Origin: Eledone cirrhosa
Lineage: Eukaryota
Reading direction: 5' to 3'
Assembly: GCA_964016885.1 (NCBI GenBank)
Contig: OZ024759.1
Coordinates: forward strand, 15,314,001 to 15,378,000
DNA length: 64,000 nt
A model generated the notes under the pieces. The model searched no databases, was not told the DNA's origin, and saw nothing but the letters and a program-made list of their open reading frames with translations. Both the position numbers and the translations under genes were made by a program. Each line of letters begins with the position of its first letter. Position 1 is the first letter of the stretch. Shown here piece after piece: positions 12,119-26,060 of this stretch.

Positions 12119-12465
12119 TATATATTGGTAAACGGAATAGAAAATGCTGACAAATCGTTCACAGTGAAAAATAGTTTAATTAGGAATAAATGAGAATTAG
12201 TAATTGTATTGGTTAGTATTCAGTTCTGGTTTTAAGTTTTACCGGTTGCGCATTTCTAAATGCTTTTCAAAAATTATTTTTGAAAAGCATTTAGAAATGC
12301 GCAACCGGTAAAACTTAAAACCAGAACTGAATACTAACCAATACAATTACTAATTCTCATTTATTCCTAATTAAACTATTTTTCACTGTGAACAATTTGT
12401 CAGCATTTTCTATTCTGTTTACCAATATATAATAACTTGTGTGTTACACCTCTATTCTTTTAACT
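12119..12465. mobile_element. PLE-like fold-back island (~155-bp arms) with a variant HHR
   Basis: Palindrome centred at 12275; TTGAAAA-GCATT..AATGC-GCAA-CCGG-TA-AAA. Confidence 0.75.
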
Positions 12466-12492
12466 ATATATATATATATAAATATATATATA

Positions 12493-12870
12493 TTAACAAT
12501 GGTGATAAATGGAACATATCACTATAGCATCATATTTATTTGATTATACATATTTCAAGGATACTAAATTATAGTATTCTTTCATCAGATAAAATACAAT
12601 ATGTGATGTATAAGATAGTGACATATCCAAAATATAGACCACCACAGTCAGCTTACAATGGATATGACATATCCATTGTAAGATATGACATATACATTGT
12701 AAGTTTGAAATATGTATAATAAAAAAAAACATGATGCTATAGTGATATTTTCCATTTATTACTATTATTAATATTATAATACTCTAGATAAAAATTGTAT
12801 TTGCAGAATGCTTCATATCTGCTATGAACATAATTCTGTTGAATATTTATCAACAAAGCATATAACTCAT
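12493..12870. mobile_element. PLE-like island, family A (diverged)
   Basis: Minus strand CTGATGA (12582-12588), stem II AAGAATACTA/TAGTATCCTT, GAAA; imperfect inverted arm from 12706. Confidence 0.7.
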
Positions 12871-12944
12871 TATTTATATATATATATTTATATATATATA
12901 TTTATATATAATTATTATAATATATATGTATGCATATATATATA

Positions 12945-12975
<31 letters not shown>

Positions 12976-13016
<41 letters not shown>

Positions 13017-13192
13017 CAGAGGCAGATAGAGAGAGAGCCAGAGACAGAAAGAGAGAGAGGCTGAGACAGAAAGAGAGAGAGGCAGAGACAGAGAGAGAGA
13101 GAGAGGCAGATACAGAGAGAGAGAGGCAGAGACAGAGAGAGAGAGGCAGAGACAGAGAGAGAGAGGGACAGAGACAGAGAGAGAGAGAGAGA
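12976..13192. repeat. (AG)n / GAGACA-rich microsatellite
   Basis: Composition. Confidence 0.95.
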
Positions 13193-13406
13193 TCATTATA
13201 GACACTGCTTCCCGTTAGTTAGTGTGTATATGTGTGTGTCAACTACACCTATTGTTTAGAAATATCATATATATATATATATATATATAAATATATATAT
13301 GTATATAAATATATATCTATATATAAATATATATATTTATATAAATATATATATATATATAAATATATATATTTATATATATATATATTTATATATATAT
13401 ATATTT

Positions 13407-13452
<46 letters not shown>

Positions 13453-13736
13453 AATATATATATATTATATATTTATATATATATATAAAAATAAATAAAT
13501 ATATATAGATATATATATACGTTTTAGTCAAATGGCTTTTCTTTTTAACTGATAAAGAGAGAGAGAGAGAGAGAGGGGGAGAGAGAGAGGGGGAGAGGGA
13601 GAGAGAGACATACAGAGAGAGAGAGAAGTTAAGGACCGGAACACTTCTCTTAAGACCTTCTGCTCTCCTCCAGCTCTCCTGAGAGCTTCTTACCACTATA
13701 TATATATAGTTCTCTGAGAACTTCTTTCCACTATAC

Positions 13737-13774
<38 letters not shown>

Positions 13775-15151
13775 ATGCTTCTGTGAAGACCTTCTGCTCC
13801 CCAGCTCTCCTGAGTGTTTTTTTACCACTAATATAGATATATATATATACTTCTCTGAAGATCTTCCACTCTCTATCTCTCCTGAGAGCTTCTTACCACT
13901 AATATACGTTGGAGTCAAATGGCTTTTTGACTGATATTTTTTCATTTATATTCTTACACTTCACTAATATCTTTCTTAATTTCTTCATTTTTGTAAACAA
14001 CACCAGTTATTAGCTATACGTTTTTCCTTATCTATTATTTTCTTCTTGTGCTATTTCTATTGACATTTCATGCTTGATGTATATTAGACCTGAAATATTC
14101 AGGTTATATCTGTTTCATCGCTGCAGGTGGGGATAATAGGTAATTTCATACTGTACCATAGATATTTACTTTCAATAATTTACTTTTTTTTTCTCCCCTC
14201 CAAAATCTCATTATTTACTGCTATTTTAAGGAGGTATGTGCTATTGTTTTTCTCTCACAAACTTAGTACATGCTATATCTTTAATCTCTATTTTTTAAAT
14301 TATATTTTATATTACTGTTTCAGGACTAATTTTGGAAATGTTCTAATCATCTGTAGGTTTAGGAGACTTTTTTTTCCCCGCCTTTATTTATTTATGAATT
14401 CTTGTTTTGTTTTGCATGGAATTCATTATAGATTTATGAGTGTATAAGGTTCATTTGTTTGTTGCAAAATATATATGATTTATAGGTGTCGTATTTTATA
14501 GGTGTTGTGAATTATATTTGTGGAGATTAAAATATGTAATGATTTATAGTTGAATTTTCTATGTGAAATGATTTATTAGAGCCATCTCTATTTCTTTTGC
14601 TGTACTCGCTCATGTTCATGCTAGTAGTTCTGCTTGAGAAAAAAAAAATCAGTCTTGTTATAATTGTATGTGTGTGTTTGTGTTTGTGTGTAGGTGCGTC
14701 TGTCTGTGTGTTGTGGGTCGTTTTCGCTTTTGCTTCTTGTTTTTACTGTTTTGAGACGGAAGAGCAGTGCTAATGACGATCTTGTGATCGTCTTCGAGAT
14801 ATGCAACAATGGACGTTAAAAGACATTTTGTTCAAAACGGAAATATCGTAAGAATTGCATCAGAATAAACACCAATAAAGACATGCAAATATCGTGTGCG
14901 GGTATTAATGTAGGTGACAAATGAAGTCTACCACCCAAATATATCACAAGTGACTTCGATCCTGGAGGACAAAACTGCGACCATTTACTACTAGGCAACT
15001 CATCTGATGCACTAACATTCCTCCAATCGAACGCCCTCGATGGCTAATCCAATTATCGGACCAGATAAAATTAAGTGTAACTTTACCGCTGCCGGAATTA
15101 ATATCACATGTCGAACTAAACTTAAAACCAATTTGCCGCCTTAACTATATA

Positions 15152-15230
15152 TTGGGTGGTCAAGTATGAAATTTGTAGAAATTTCTTTTTTTTCCGGAAA
15201 TTTCTACGAGTTTCATACTTGACGACCCTA
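15152..15230. mobile_element. Tiny Tc1/mariner-type MITE (hairpin)
   Basis: TIR-like TTGGGTGGTCAAGTATGAAA / TTTCATACTTGACGACCCTA, flanked by TA. Confidence 0.55.
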
Positions 15231-15519
15231 TATATTGACCCATGGCTCTTAATGGTGTCGTAGGGTTGACGTCGTGTCATTTAAAACCTGGCAGTCTGAC
15301 TCCTCACCTGTTTTGAAAGCATCCCATTTCTTCCAGAGAAGAAGGAGTAGAAGAATCAACCCCAGTGCTGGACTGGTACTTTATTTATCAGCCTAGAAAG
15401 GATCAGAGGCAAATTTGATCTCAGCGGGATTTAAAGATACAGCGGTCAGAGAACCCGGACGAATACCCCAATGCATTCTAACCGATGTTCTAATTCTAAA
15501 TTTTAAAGTGTGATCCAAG

Positions 15520-15785
15520 CCAGGAGAGCCGTCAGGCCGGTACTTATCCCGGTTCCGTGGCATTAAGCGACCGAGTGTTCATGACACCTCACACCCTGGA
15601 CAACCGCCAGTCCATCACACGGTTAAACACCCCAGATGGTACTCATTTTCAGCTGAGTATACTAGAGCAACATGAAATGAAGAGTTTTTCTCATAAACAC
15701 AACACACAGCCCAACCGGGAAATCGAACCCACGATATTATGATCATACGTTCAACACCCTAACCACTAGCCACGCTCCTCCACCG
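15520..15785 (-). mobile_element. tRNA-derived SINE family 2
   Basis: Minus-strand head GGAGCGTGGCTAGTGGTTAGGG...GGTTCGATTTCC. Confidence 0.8.
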
Positions 15786-17073
15786 ACATTCTTTCGATTC
15801 TGCTAATTCACCACCACATCTTATTCTATGCAGGGACGACATTATCAAATGTGTCGTTTCTCTTTAAAGTCAGCGGGGCTTTAATTAATGTGATAATCGG
15901 CATTTATTTTAGCAGGTCAAGCAACAGGGAAAGAAGACACCCTCCTAGGTTCTTTCTTACTACGTTATATTTATATATGATCTCGTTATGACACTTATAC
16001 TGGCCACTTGTGAGATGTCTCAACACTGAAGGTCTTACAAATATCACTGTCAATAACAGCTTTTTTTTTTTTCGTTATTTTTCATCTACTTTAAATGTAA
16101 AATTCGTGCAAAAACCCATCTTTTTATTTTCCCTACCATGTCATATTTTACTCTGTGCTCTGTTTCTGACAGTTGCTATATTCACACTGAATTCGTGCAG
16201 ACTTTCGTTTACTTTATTATATATCCGACACATGCGCACAGGCATGGACATGTGGTTCCGACGCATGCTTTGCAATCACGTAAATGATTCGATTGGAAAT
16301 GCGATGAAAACCATCGGAAGCACAGAAAGTGTGATTAGGTCTTACAATTTTATCCAATGCCTATTTTAAATTCAATTTTAGTGTTCGTAATATTTTACCA
16401 TTTTACGAGGGGTGTTCTCATCTGAGCTGTTCGATATATCTCTTAGTATTTTCATTCCTACATTCCTATTTCTTCCTTTGGTAGTTATGTCTAGAATTTC
16501 ATTTCAATGATATAACGGGAAGGCATGAGTCATCCAAATCATTTTTAGATAGCATTAGACAAGTTAGCGATTAGAGATCAAGTAGCCAGTTGACAATATT
16601 AATCTGCCACCTTCACAAGTCCCAAGAACGCCCAATATGATAAAGCTAGATCGAACACAGAGACTGTAAACGAGCGACTAGAAACTAAACCAGTCTTTCT
16701 CGTCAGAGAAATACTTAAAATGGTTTCTGATTGAGACACAAGACCAACAATTTGGTGTGATGGAATGAAAGGCAAAACTAACCCTGGTGAGATTTGAACT
16801 CAAATCGTAAACGAAGGTAAATATATACTGCCAATCTACCACCCTACACACAATACCTAAAATAAACGCAATAGCAACTTAGTTTAGCGGCAGGTAGGAC
16901 TGGAAAAATGTCAAAGGCAAGTGGTAGGCCTTCTTTCGAAAGTGAGTAGTATTGCTGCGAGAGGATATACAAAAGAAATATCAATAAAGATATATAGATT
17001 TCAGAGAATCAGTAACCAAATTAGAAAAGATTATGGAAAAAGAGATCAAACCCGAAGTATTAGCGGAAATAAT

Positions 17074-17297
17074 GTTTTCTTATATAGGCACAAGACCGGC
17101 AAAAACATTTTGGGGGAGAGGAAAGTCGATTAGATCGACCCCAGTACGTTACTGGTGCTTTATTTTAACGACCCCGTAAGGATGAAAAGCAAAGTTAACC
17201 TCGGCGGGATTTGAACTCAGACCGTAAAGGACCGTAACGCTATGCTGCAAAGCATGGCGTCCGACCCTCTACCGATACTGTCCATCCAACGCCCACC
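17074..17297 (-). mobile_element. Nin-type SINE with a 15-bp TSD
   Basis: TSD ATTAGCGGAAATAAT at 17059 and 17298. Confidence 0.92.
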
Positions 17298-17594
17298 ATT
17301 AGCGGAAATAATAAACCATGAAAATCTTTTGTAAATAAAACTACAAAAGTTGATCATTATGAGCTGCGGACTGAACTCTGAGACACAAAGACACGAACGC
17401 CGTGAGATATGGCCGGAAGAGAGAGGTGTGGCGTGCCTATAAAGCTATACATTAGTTTTGATGGACCATACAAGATTGTGTGTGTGTGTGACAGCTCACA
17501 TCTATGCAGGTTTAGCTGGCCTCCTCCAAGGTATATCACGTTGGAGGTGTCTTGGGTAATTGAATGATAGGGACCCCAGTCATATCATCTCATT

Positions 17595-17715
17595 TCTACA
17601 GCTGAGTAAACTGGTGCAACGTGAAATAAAGTGTCTTGCTCACCCGGTCCGAGAATTGAACTCACAACCTTTCGATTTCAAACGCAATGCTCTAACCACC
17701 AAGCCATGCGCCTTC
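17595..17715 (-). mobile_element. SINE family 2 head
   Basis: Minus strand GGCGCATGGCTTGGTGGTTAGAGC...GAGTTCAATTC. Confidence 0.75.
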
Positions 17716-18124
17716 ATACATGATTGCCTGCTAGTCATTTTTCAATCAATATGTGCATTTTTCCAGTAACATATTGCTCCACTGTTTCGAGTAGGCGTTG
17801 ACCTAGAATAGACTCTCTGCTAATTCTTTCTTTTCAGATTTTATTTTTTAGCTTCACCATTTACGAAATCTGACTTTACGTATTTCTAACGAAATATGTA
17901 GGAAATGACAAATTTCAAGATGTCAGCTGAATTTTCTCGATTCTTCAACTAATGGACATTTGTCGTAGCGTCTCACTTAACTTGTAAACTCCGTCATATG
18001 TGACTTACTTGGCTTCACTATATAACATGATTGATGGACGGAGACGTTCAGGTTTAAGTACATACTTTTGATGAACGCATTTTTGTTGTAAGTTGTAAGT
18101 CATGTCTTCCTGCGACTGAGAGCG

Positions 18125-18640
18125 TGAAGCCGTATGACTGGCTACGTTCTTGAGCTCAGGATCACAACGCCGTGAGTTCGATCTGCGTCGTCACGTTCTA
18201 TTCTTTAATAAGACACTTAATTTCCTGTTTCTCCTGCTGTAACTGTGATTTACGAGGGGGTGCTAACAGTTCTTGGCTTTGGGTAAATGGACATACAGGA
18301 CGGTCAGTTAATTAGGATGTTATTAAACATATTTCTTCTCTTGGATTAACACACTTCTTATATCCGTCCTTCAGTTTTTCTAAGCCCTGCAAAAAGAACT
18401 CGGAAGGTTCGGCCTCCAAACAGGCATCTGTAGCAAGTTAAAGTCAGGAACTTTTCAGCAGCCCCTCGTAAAAGGTTCAGTGAGCTTTGTCATACACTAT
18501 GTCACGTTGAATCTCACTGTCAAGTCCCTTAAGGATGCACGTGCCTGTGCAATGCTCAGTCAGTTACACGTTAATTTTCCAAGCTAACTGATAATTGTGA
18601 GAACAACTGCCACATACATCGCCGCAACCGACGGAAGTGC
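18125..18640 (+). mobile_element. Decayed SINE family 2 interrupted by a MITE
   Basis: GAGTTCGATC B-box; body resumes after 18470. Confidence 0.55.
18253..18468. mobile_element. Mariner-derived MITE
   Basis: TA|CGAGGGGGTGCTAACAGTTCTTGGCTTT ... AAAGTCAGGAACTTTTCAGCAGCCCCTCG|TA. Confidence 0.8.
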
Positions 18641-18894
18641 AACAGCAACAACAAAGGAAATTCTACGTGACACCTTGTGGTGCAAAAAATAGCAGCCAAA
18701 TTTCCTTTAAATCACAGCATATTCCATCATTTACACAATATCAAAATACGAATTAGAAGGTACAGTTCTAGATATAGAAAATGAAGTGAGGATGGTCGTG
18801 GAAGGAAGGTATTTTACAATATATATGCATCGTTGAATCCGATCAGGAGACAAACAGCCAGAACAACAAATACGACGTTCGAGCGACTCCATCT

Positions 18895-19268
18895 TATCTT
18901 CTTCTTCGGCCGAGTTTACACTCGCAAAAATTCAGCAAACCTTGTCCAATCGTCCCGGTCGAGCATGCCATTTCTCAGTTCATCGATGTTATCAATGTTG
19001 GCATCTCTCAGCAGGGTATCAATGAATGAGACAGCCTGTCTTCCCACGTTTCTTCGTCCGACCGTCGGTTTCCAGAGCATAAGCTGTGATGCTATCTCTT
19101 CTGGATGACGGATGCAGTGCCCAGACAGTTTAATTCGTCTGCAGGCAACTTGATTTCAGATTTGTGTTAGTGATCTGTATAGTTCTTTATTTGTCAGCTT
19201 CTGTTTCCAAGAAATGTTGAGAGACATTCTCAACAACCACTTGTTGCGCCCGTCAAGTCTCTTACATA
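18895..19268 (-). pseudogene. RTE-like LINE 3' fragment
   Basis: Translation ...LNISWKQKLTNKELY...RRIKLSGHCIRHPEE...WKPTVGRRNVGR...MLDRDDW, stop near 18916. Confidence 0.85.
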
Positions 19269-19574
19269 GCAATTATTAATTCTACCTGTTGGCCGATATA
19301 AATGAATAAATAGACGTACAATTCTGCACTCTTACCCACACGAAGACTCGAAGTGGAAAATTACTATCCTACAAAAAGTATGAATACGGTAAAATTAACA
19401 GCTAAAGATAGCAGCCAAGTATGACAAAATGTATAATCTTGAACGATAGAAGTACATATGGTTGGACACGTGGTGGGATCATAGGGTTACGTACTTGACA
19501 CGGAATATTTGAGGAAATTTAAACCTAGAGGAGCTTATTCCTCTTTAGGTTTCAGCACAGTCGATTTCTTCTGC

Positions 19575-19900
19575 AGAGAGAGAGAGAGAATGAGGGAAAG
19601 AGATGGAGAGAGGAAGGAAGCGGGAGGACGAAAGAAAGAGAGATATAGGGGTTAGAAACAAAAGAGAGATATGGGGGGGAGAAAGAAAGACAGAGAGAAA
19701 GAAAGAGAGAGAGGTGGAAGAAAGAGAGAGAGGGGGAAGAGAGAGAGAGAGAGGAAGGCATAAAGAGAGAGTGAGAGAGAGAGAATGAGAGAGAGAATAA
19801 GGGAGAGAGAGAGAAAGAAAAGAAAGAAAGAAAGAGAGAGAAAGAAATAAAGAAAGAAAGAGAGAGAAAGAAAGAAAAAAGAAAGAAAGGAAGGAAGAAA
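19575..19900. repeat. AG-rich low-complexity tract
   Basis: Composition. Confidence 0.9.
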
Positions 19901-20339
19901 TAATTAACTCCAGAACAGAAATGGTATTTTTTTTTCTCGACCTCGAAAATAGGAAAGATAAAGTTGACCGTGGTGGGAGGGATTTGAGAGAGAGAAAGTG
20001 GTGAAAACAAACGAAAAATTGACTCTAGTACTGGATCGATGTATCGATCTTGAAAGGATGGTAGGCAAAGCTGACATCACGGGATTAGATCTCAGAATGC
20101 AGTCAGTCAGAAAAAAAGTGTCGCAAAGCACTAAATAAAGTCTTCTGAAGGATTCTGCCAATTCGCCATCTATATTGATTAATTGGGATGTGAATTCAGA
20201 TAGCAGTGACCCGTAATGTGTATATGTTCTAATTATTAATTCAATCGATACATCAATGAACGGGCTTATATATTCTGCATTGATAACTTGTGTAAACATA
20301 ACTATTAATAAAGATTTTACAGCATTTTATAAAATATCA

Positions 20340-20474
20340 ATCGTTTTACTTCCGTGCCGTTCGTCACTGAACGTTCTGGGATCCCCAGCCCCAGAACTGC
20401 CGTTTTTCTCCGCAATATTGGGAGGGGAGCATCTCGCTTGCGGCCGGATTCCCTGCCGTCTTTTCTATTTTGCC
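20340..20474 (+). promoter_or_regulatory. CpG-rich segment; candidate TSS or first non-coding exon
   Basis: ACTTCCG (ETS-like) at 20348; locally high CpG; ends at donor-like C|GTAAGA (20475). Confidence 0.3.
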
Positions 20475-20767
20475 GTAAGAATATAATTTTACGATACTGT
20501 TTTACATTATTTTAGTTTTACACTATATATAGGAGTTGCTAAAAAGTGTAGAAAAATGTTATTTATTATATTTATTATATTTATTATATTCGTAATTAGG
20601 CTGAACTAAGCCTGGCAATTAACAGACCAAGTGCATCGAATATTTATAGAATAGATGTTTCCTTCGTCGTTGTCATCATCGACATCTTATTCTTGTTCTT
20701 CTCCCATTTATTCCTCAGAGAGACGTGGGAGCAGAATCACCAGACAAGATTTCTAGAGAACTCAATC

Positions 20768-21615
20768 AGAAGCAACCGTCTCAAACTTGATCTGGCTGAT
20801 TAATTGAACGCCGAACGAGATCAACATGGATGGGTCGGGTGGTGGCATTTAGTTACCTCAAGCAGTCCTTGAATCGGATCTTTTCAGAAGCAACTGTCTC
20901 CACTTGATGTGGCTGATTACTTGAACGCCGAACGAGATCAACATGGATGGGTCGGGTGGTGGCATTTAGTTACCTCAAGCAGTCCTTGAATCGGATATTT
21001 TCAGAAGCAACTGTCTCCACTTGATGTGGCTGATTACTTGAACGCCGAACGAGATCAACATGGATGGGTAGGGTGGTGGCATTTAGTTACCTCAAGCAGT
21101 CCTTGAAGCGGATCTTTCTCAGAAGCAATCGTCTCCACTTGATGTGGCTGATTACTTGAACGCCGAACGAGATCAACATTGGAGGGTCGGGTGGTGGCAT
21201 TTAGTTACCTCAAGCAGTCCTTGAAGCGGATCTTTCTCAGAAGCAATCGTCTCCACTTGATGTGGCTGATTACTTGAACGCCGAACGAGATCAAGATGGA
21301 TGGGTCGGGTGGTGGCATTTAGTTACCTTAAGCAGTCCTTGAAGCGGATCTTTCTCAGAAGCAACTGTCTCCACTTGATGTGGCTGATTACTTGAACGCC
21401 GAACGAGATCAACATGGATGGGTCGGGTGGTGGTATTTAGTTACCTCAAGCAGTCCTTGAAGCGGATCTTTTTAGAAGCAACCGTCTCCACATGATCATG
21501 CTGATTAATTTAACGCAGAACAAGATCAACATTGGAGGGTCGGGTGGTGTGATTTAGTCACCTGAAGCACTCGTTGCAGTGTATCTTTCCAGAAGCAACT
21601 GTTTCCAATTGATCC
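20768..21615. repeat. Tandem array of 117/118-bp units (7 full plus a partial)
   Basis: Unit starts AGAAGCAA at 20768, 20886, 21003, 21121, 21239, 21357, 21474 and 21591. Confidence 0.97.
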
Positions 21616-22140
21616 GGATGGATCTTCAAGCGAGACGAGCGAAGAACATGGATGTTAGAATAAATTTAGAAACAGAAATTTATTTGAAAATAAAAACAAG
21701 GAAATTTACAATAAAATCCAAAATATACAGTGTTAGATATAAATCACATTTAGCAATCGATTAAACGATATATTCAGATATGGAGCCCTTGTAACATTAA
21801 ATTCTAGATCTGGAGCACTAACAGCATCAAGAACAAAAATTTTTGCTCGACTTGCCTGAATTAGGAACGAAATGTTGCTAAAAAAATGATGTTAGAATGT
21901 TCTAGAAGACAAAGGCTACGACGAAGACATTAGATAAGAATAAGAGTGCAGTTATACATTTATAACTGAATTGACATGAATTGAACCACTTTGATCATCA
22001 GTTTAATAGAAATGTGCTAACATGCAGCTAAAGAAAGTAAGACAACAGAAATACCAGCGGCACACTGACTAAATAGCAATTAACTTTTGTACACATACAT
22101 AGATGTAAATATACACACATATATATATATATGAATATAC

Positions 22141-22172
<32 letters not shown>

Positions 22173-22316
22173 GTATAAATATATATATGTGCATGTGTGT
22201 GTGTGTGTACACAATATAAATTTTCATGTGCGTGTATTTAATATATACACATAAATAATTATATATAAATATATATGCATAAAGACGTGTGTCACACACA
22301 CATACAGACACACACA

Positions 22317-22357
<41 letters not shown>

Positions 22358-22794
22358 AGAGAGAGAGAGAGGGAGAGAGAGAGAGAGGAGAGAGAAAGAG
22401 GAGAGAGAGAGAGAGGAGTAAGAGAGAGAGAGATACTCATATTCAATTCTTTGATATACCTGAAAGAAATTAGATAAATAAAAAAGTGAATTCAACAGAT
22501 GGAAAATTATGTACATTATTAAGAACATCACTTCTAGATAATTGTCAAGAGCAGTAATGGAAGATTTATGCTGAAACAATAATGACGACAACAGCAACAA
22601 CATTAACAAGAAGAAGACGTAACAATAGGTAAGAAAGAAGGAAAAACAGAAACTACTCATTTATTTCGTAATTCTTAGAATAAATTCCAAATATTTAAAA
22701 CAATAAATGGATCTATAAAATAGATTAAATTTGAATCTCGTTAAATATTAAATGCTTTGCGCCATTTTAACATTTATGTGAGGGAAAACTAAAG

Positions 22795-24745
<1,951 letters not shown>

Positions 24746-24747
24746 AT

Positions 24748-24807
24748 CGCTAAGGTGAAACAATTGTTTCTCGGTATGGTGAACTAACTCTTGTGTAACC
24801 ACTTCTA
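24748..24807 (+). repeat. Short dispersed island (second copy at 29197-29265)
   Basis: CGCTAAGGTGAAACAATTG...AACTAACTCTT...CCACTTCT occurs twice, both times within (TA)n. Confidence 0.7.
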
Positions 24808-24966
24808 TATATATATGCCAAGGAGGAAACCACATAAACATATAAATATGTACAGTTATTAAAAATATATAATTGTATACAACATATTGCCTATTTCTTT
24901 CGATGTATGCTTCCGGACTTGTGTGGGTTTAGATTGTGTGTCTCTGGAAATGTGTCTTTCCTCCTC

Positions 24967-24996
<30 letters not shown>

Positions 24997-24997
<1 letters not shown>

Positions 24998-25330
24998 ACG
25001 AAGGAAATGTGGTAAGGAACCAGGTGGACCATAACGCACCAAAGTACTCAATACTACTCAACACTACCAACGCATGAATGGGTCTATTCCACCCCCTCTC
25101 CCTTTTTTCTCCTACCGGCAGGTTTAGCTACCCCCTCCCCCACCAATTTACCATCACAGATTTACTACTAACTTGTGATGTGACCAATCCTGGTGATTAT
25201 CTCTTTGACCATATATGGAATTACCCCTTGATAAGCTCGGCTATTGAAATACCAGAATAAATTTTCATTCAGTCCAGAATTAGCCGTCGAAACGGCTTGA
25301 GCTCAGCTGTCGGGGTCTTACTTGTTCCTA
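24997..25330 (+). mobile_element. PLE-like island, family B (longest copy)
   Basis: Shares both ends with 4712-4905; contains a complete HHR. Confidence 0.75.
25223..25316 (+). ncRNA. Type I hammerhead ribozyme motif, U3-A8 variant
   Basis: Stem I ACCCC/GGGGT; core TTGATAA; stem II CGGCTA/TAGCCG; GAAA 25289; stem III CGGCT/AGCTG; GUC site, cut after C25311. Confidence 0.75.
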
Positions 25331-25451
25331 TATGTATATAAATATATATATATATACATATATATATTATGTAAGATTTCAAATAACCTTATGAAATATG
25401 CGTAGAAAAAATATGTAAACACACACACATATATACATGTACATATATATA

Positions 25452-25662
25452 CAGGGTGTCGCAATATTCATAGAGGCGTTTTAGTTTTTATTAACTTCCT
25501 GTATAGTACAGATTGATGTATGAAATTTCGATACAACTTAAAGGACATAATCGAAATTATTTTGCTCTCGTCAATCCTTGTCACACCTCTACATTACTTA
25601 TGAAAAATTATATCTTTCAAATGTAGGTCCTGCAACATCTGTGTCACTTTTGGGCCACCTTG
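25452..25662. mobile_element. Possible degenerate Tc1/mariner MITE
   Basis: TA|CAGGGTGTCGCAA ... TTGGGCCACCTTG. Confidence 0.3.
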
Positions 25663-26060
25663 TTAATATAGAAATGTTGTATTTCTAAAGAAACACGCTA
25701 TATTTACAGGCAAACATTTGGAAAGCCGTTGTTAAGCAAAAAATATCAGGGCTAACGCCCTGTGGTGGTGTCCGGCAGAAGCAAGGAGGACAATGATCGA
25801 TGCATTTCGGAATTAACTGGTCCTCATCAGGCCATACCTGCCATACTTGCAACTGTTGGACTTGAAAACAGTGGAGAATATATAGTTTTCTCGCCTGTGG
25901 ATATCTTAAGACTATTCTATTATTATTTGGCGTTAGCTCCGGTTCTTCAGATGTTTACCTGTAAACATACCGTATGTTTTTAGAAAACTACAAGTAAATA
26001 GGTTATTTATAGAGGCGGTAATAAAAGAGAAAATTGTAATTTGGCAAGCAACGTACCTAA

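Noticed and set aside
14760-14805. HHR at CTAATGACGATCTTGTGATCGTC
   Set aside because: A hairpin is present but the core and GAAA are too degenerate to call
20768-21615. CRISPR array or 5S rDNA (unit ~118 bp)
   Set aside because: No unique spacers or cas genes and a eukaryotic context; sequence does not resemble 5S rRNA
20768-21615. 39-aa repeat protein
   Set aside because: Units vary between 117 and 118 bp and the frames I checked hit stops
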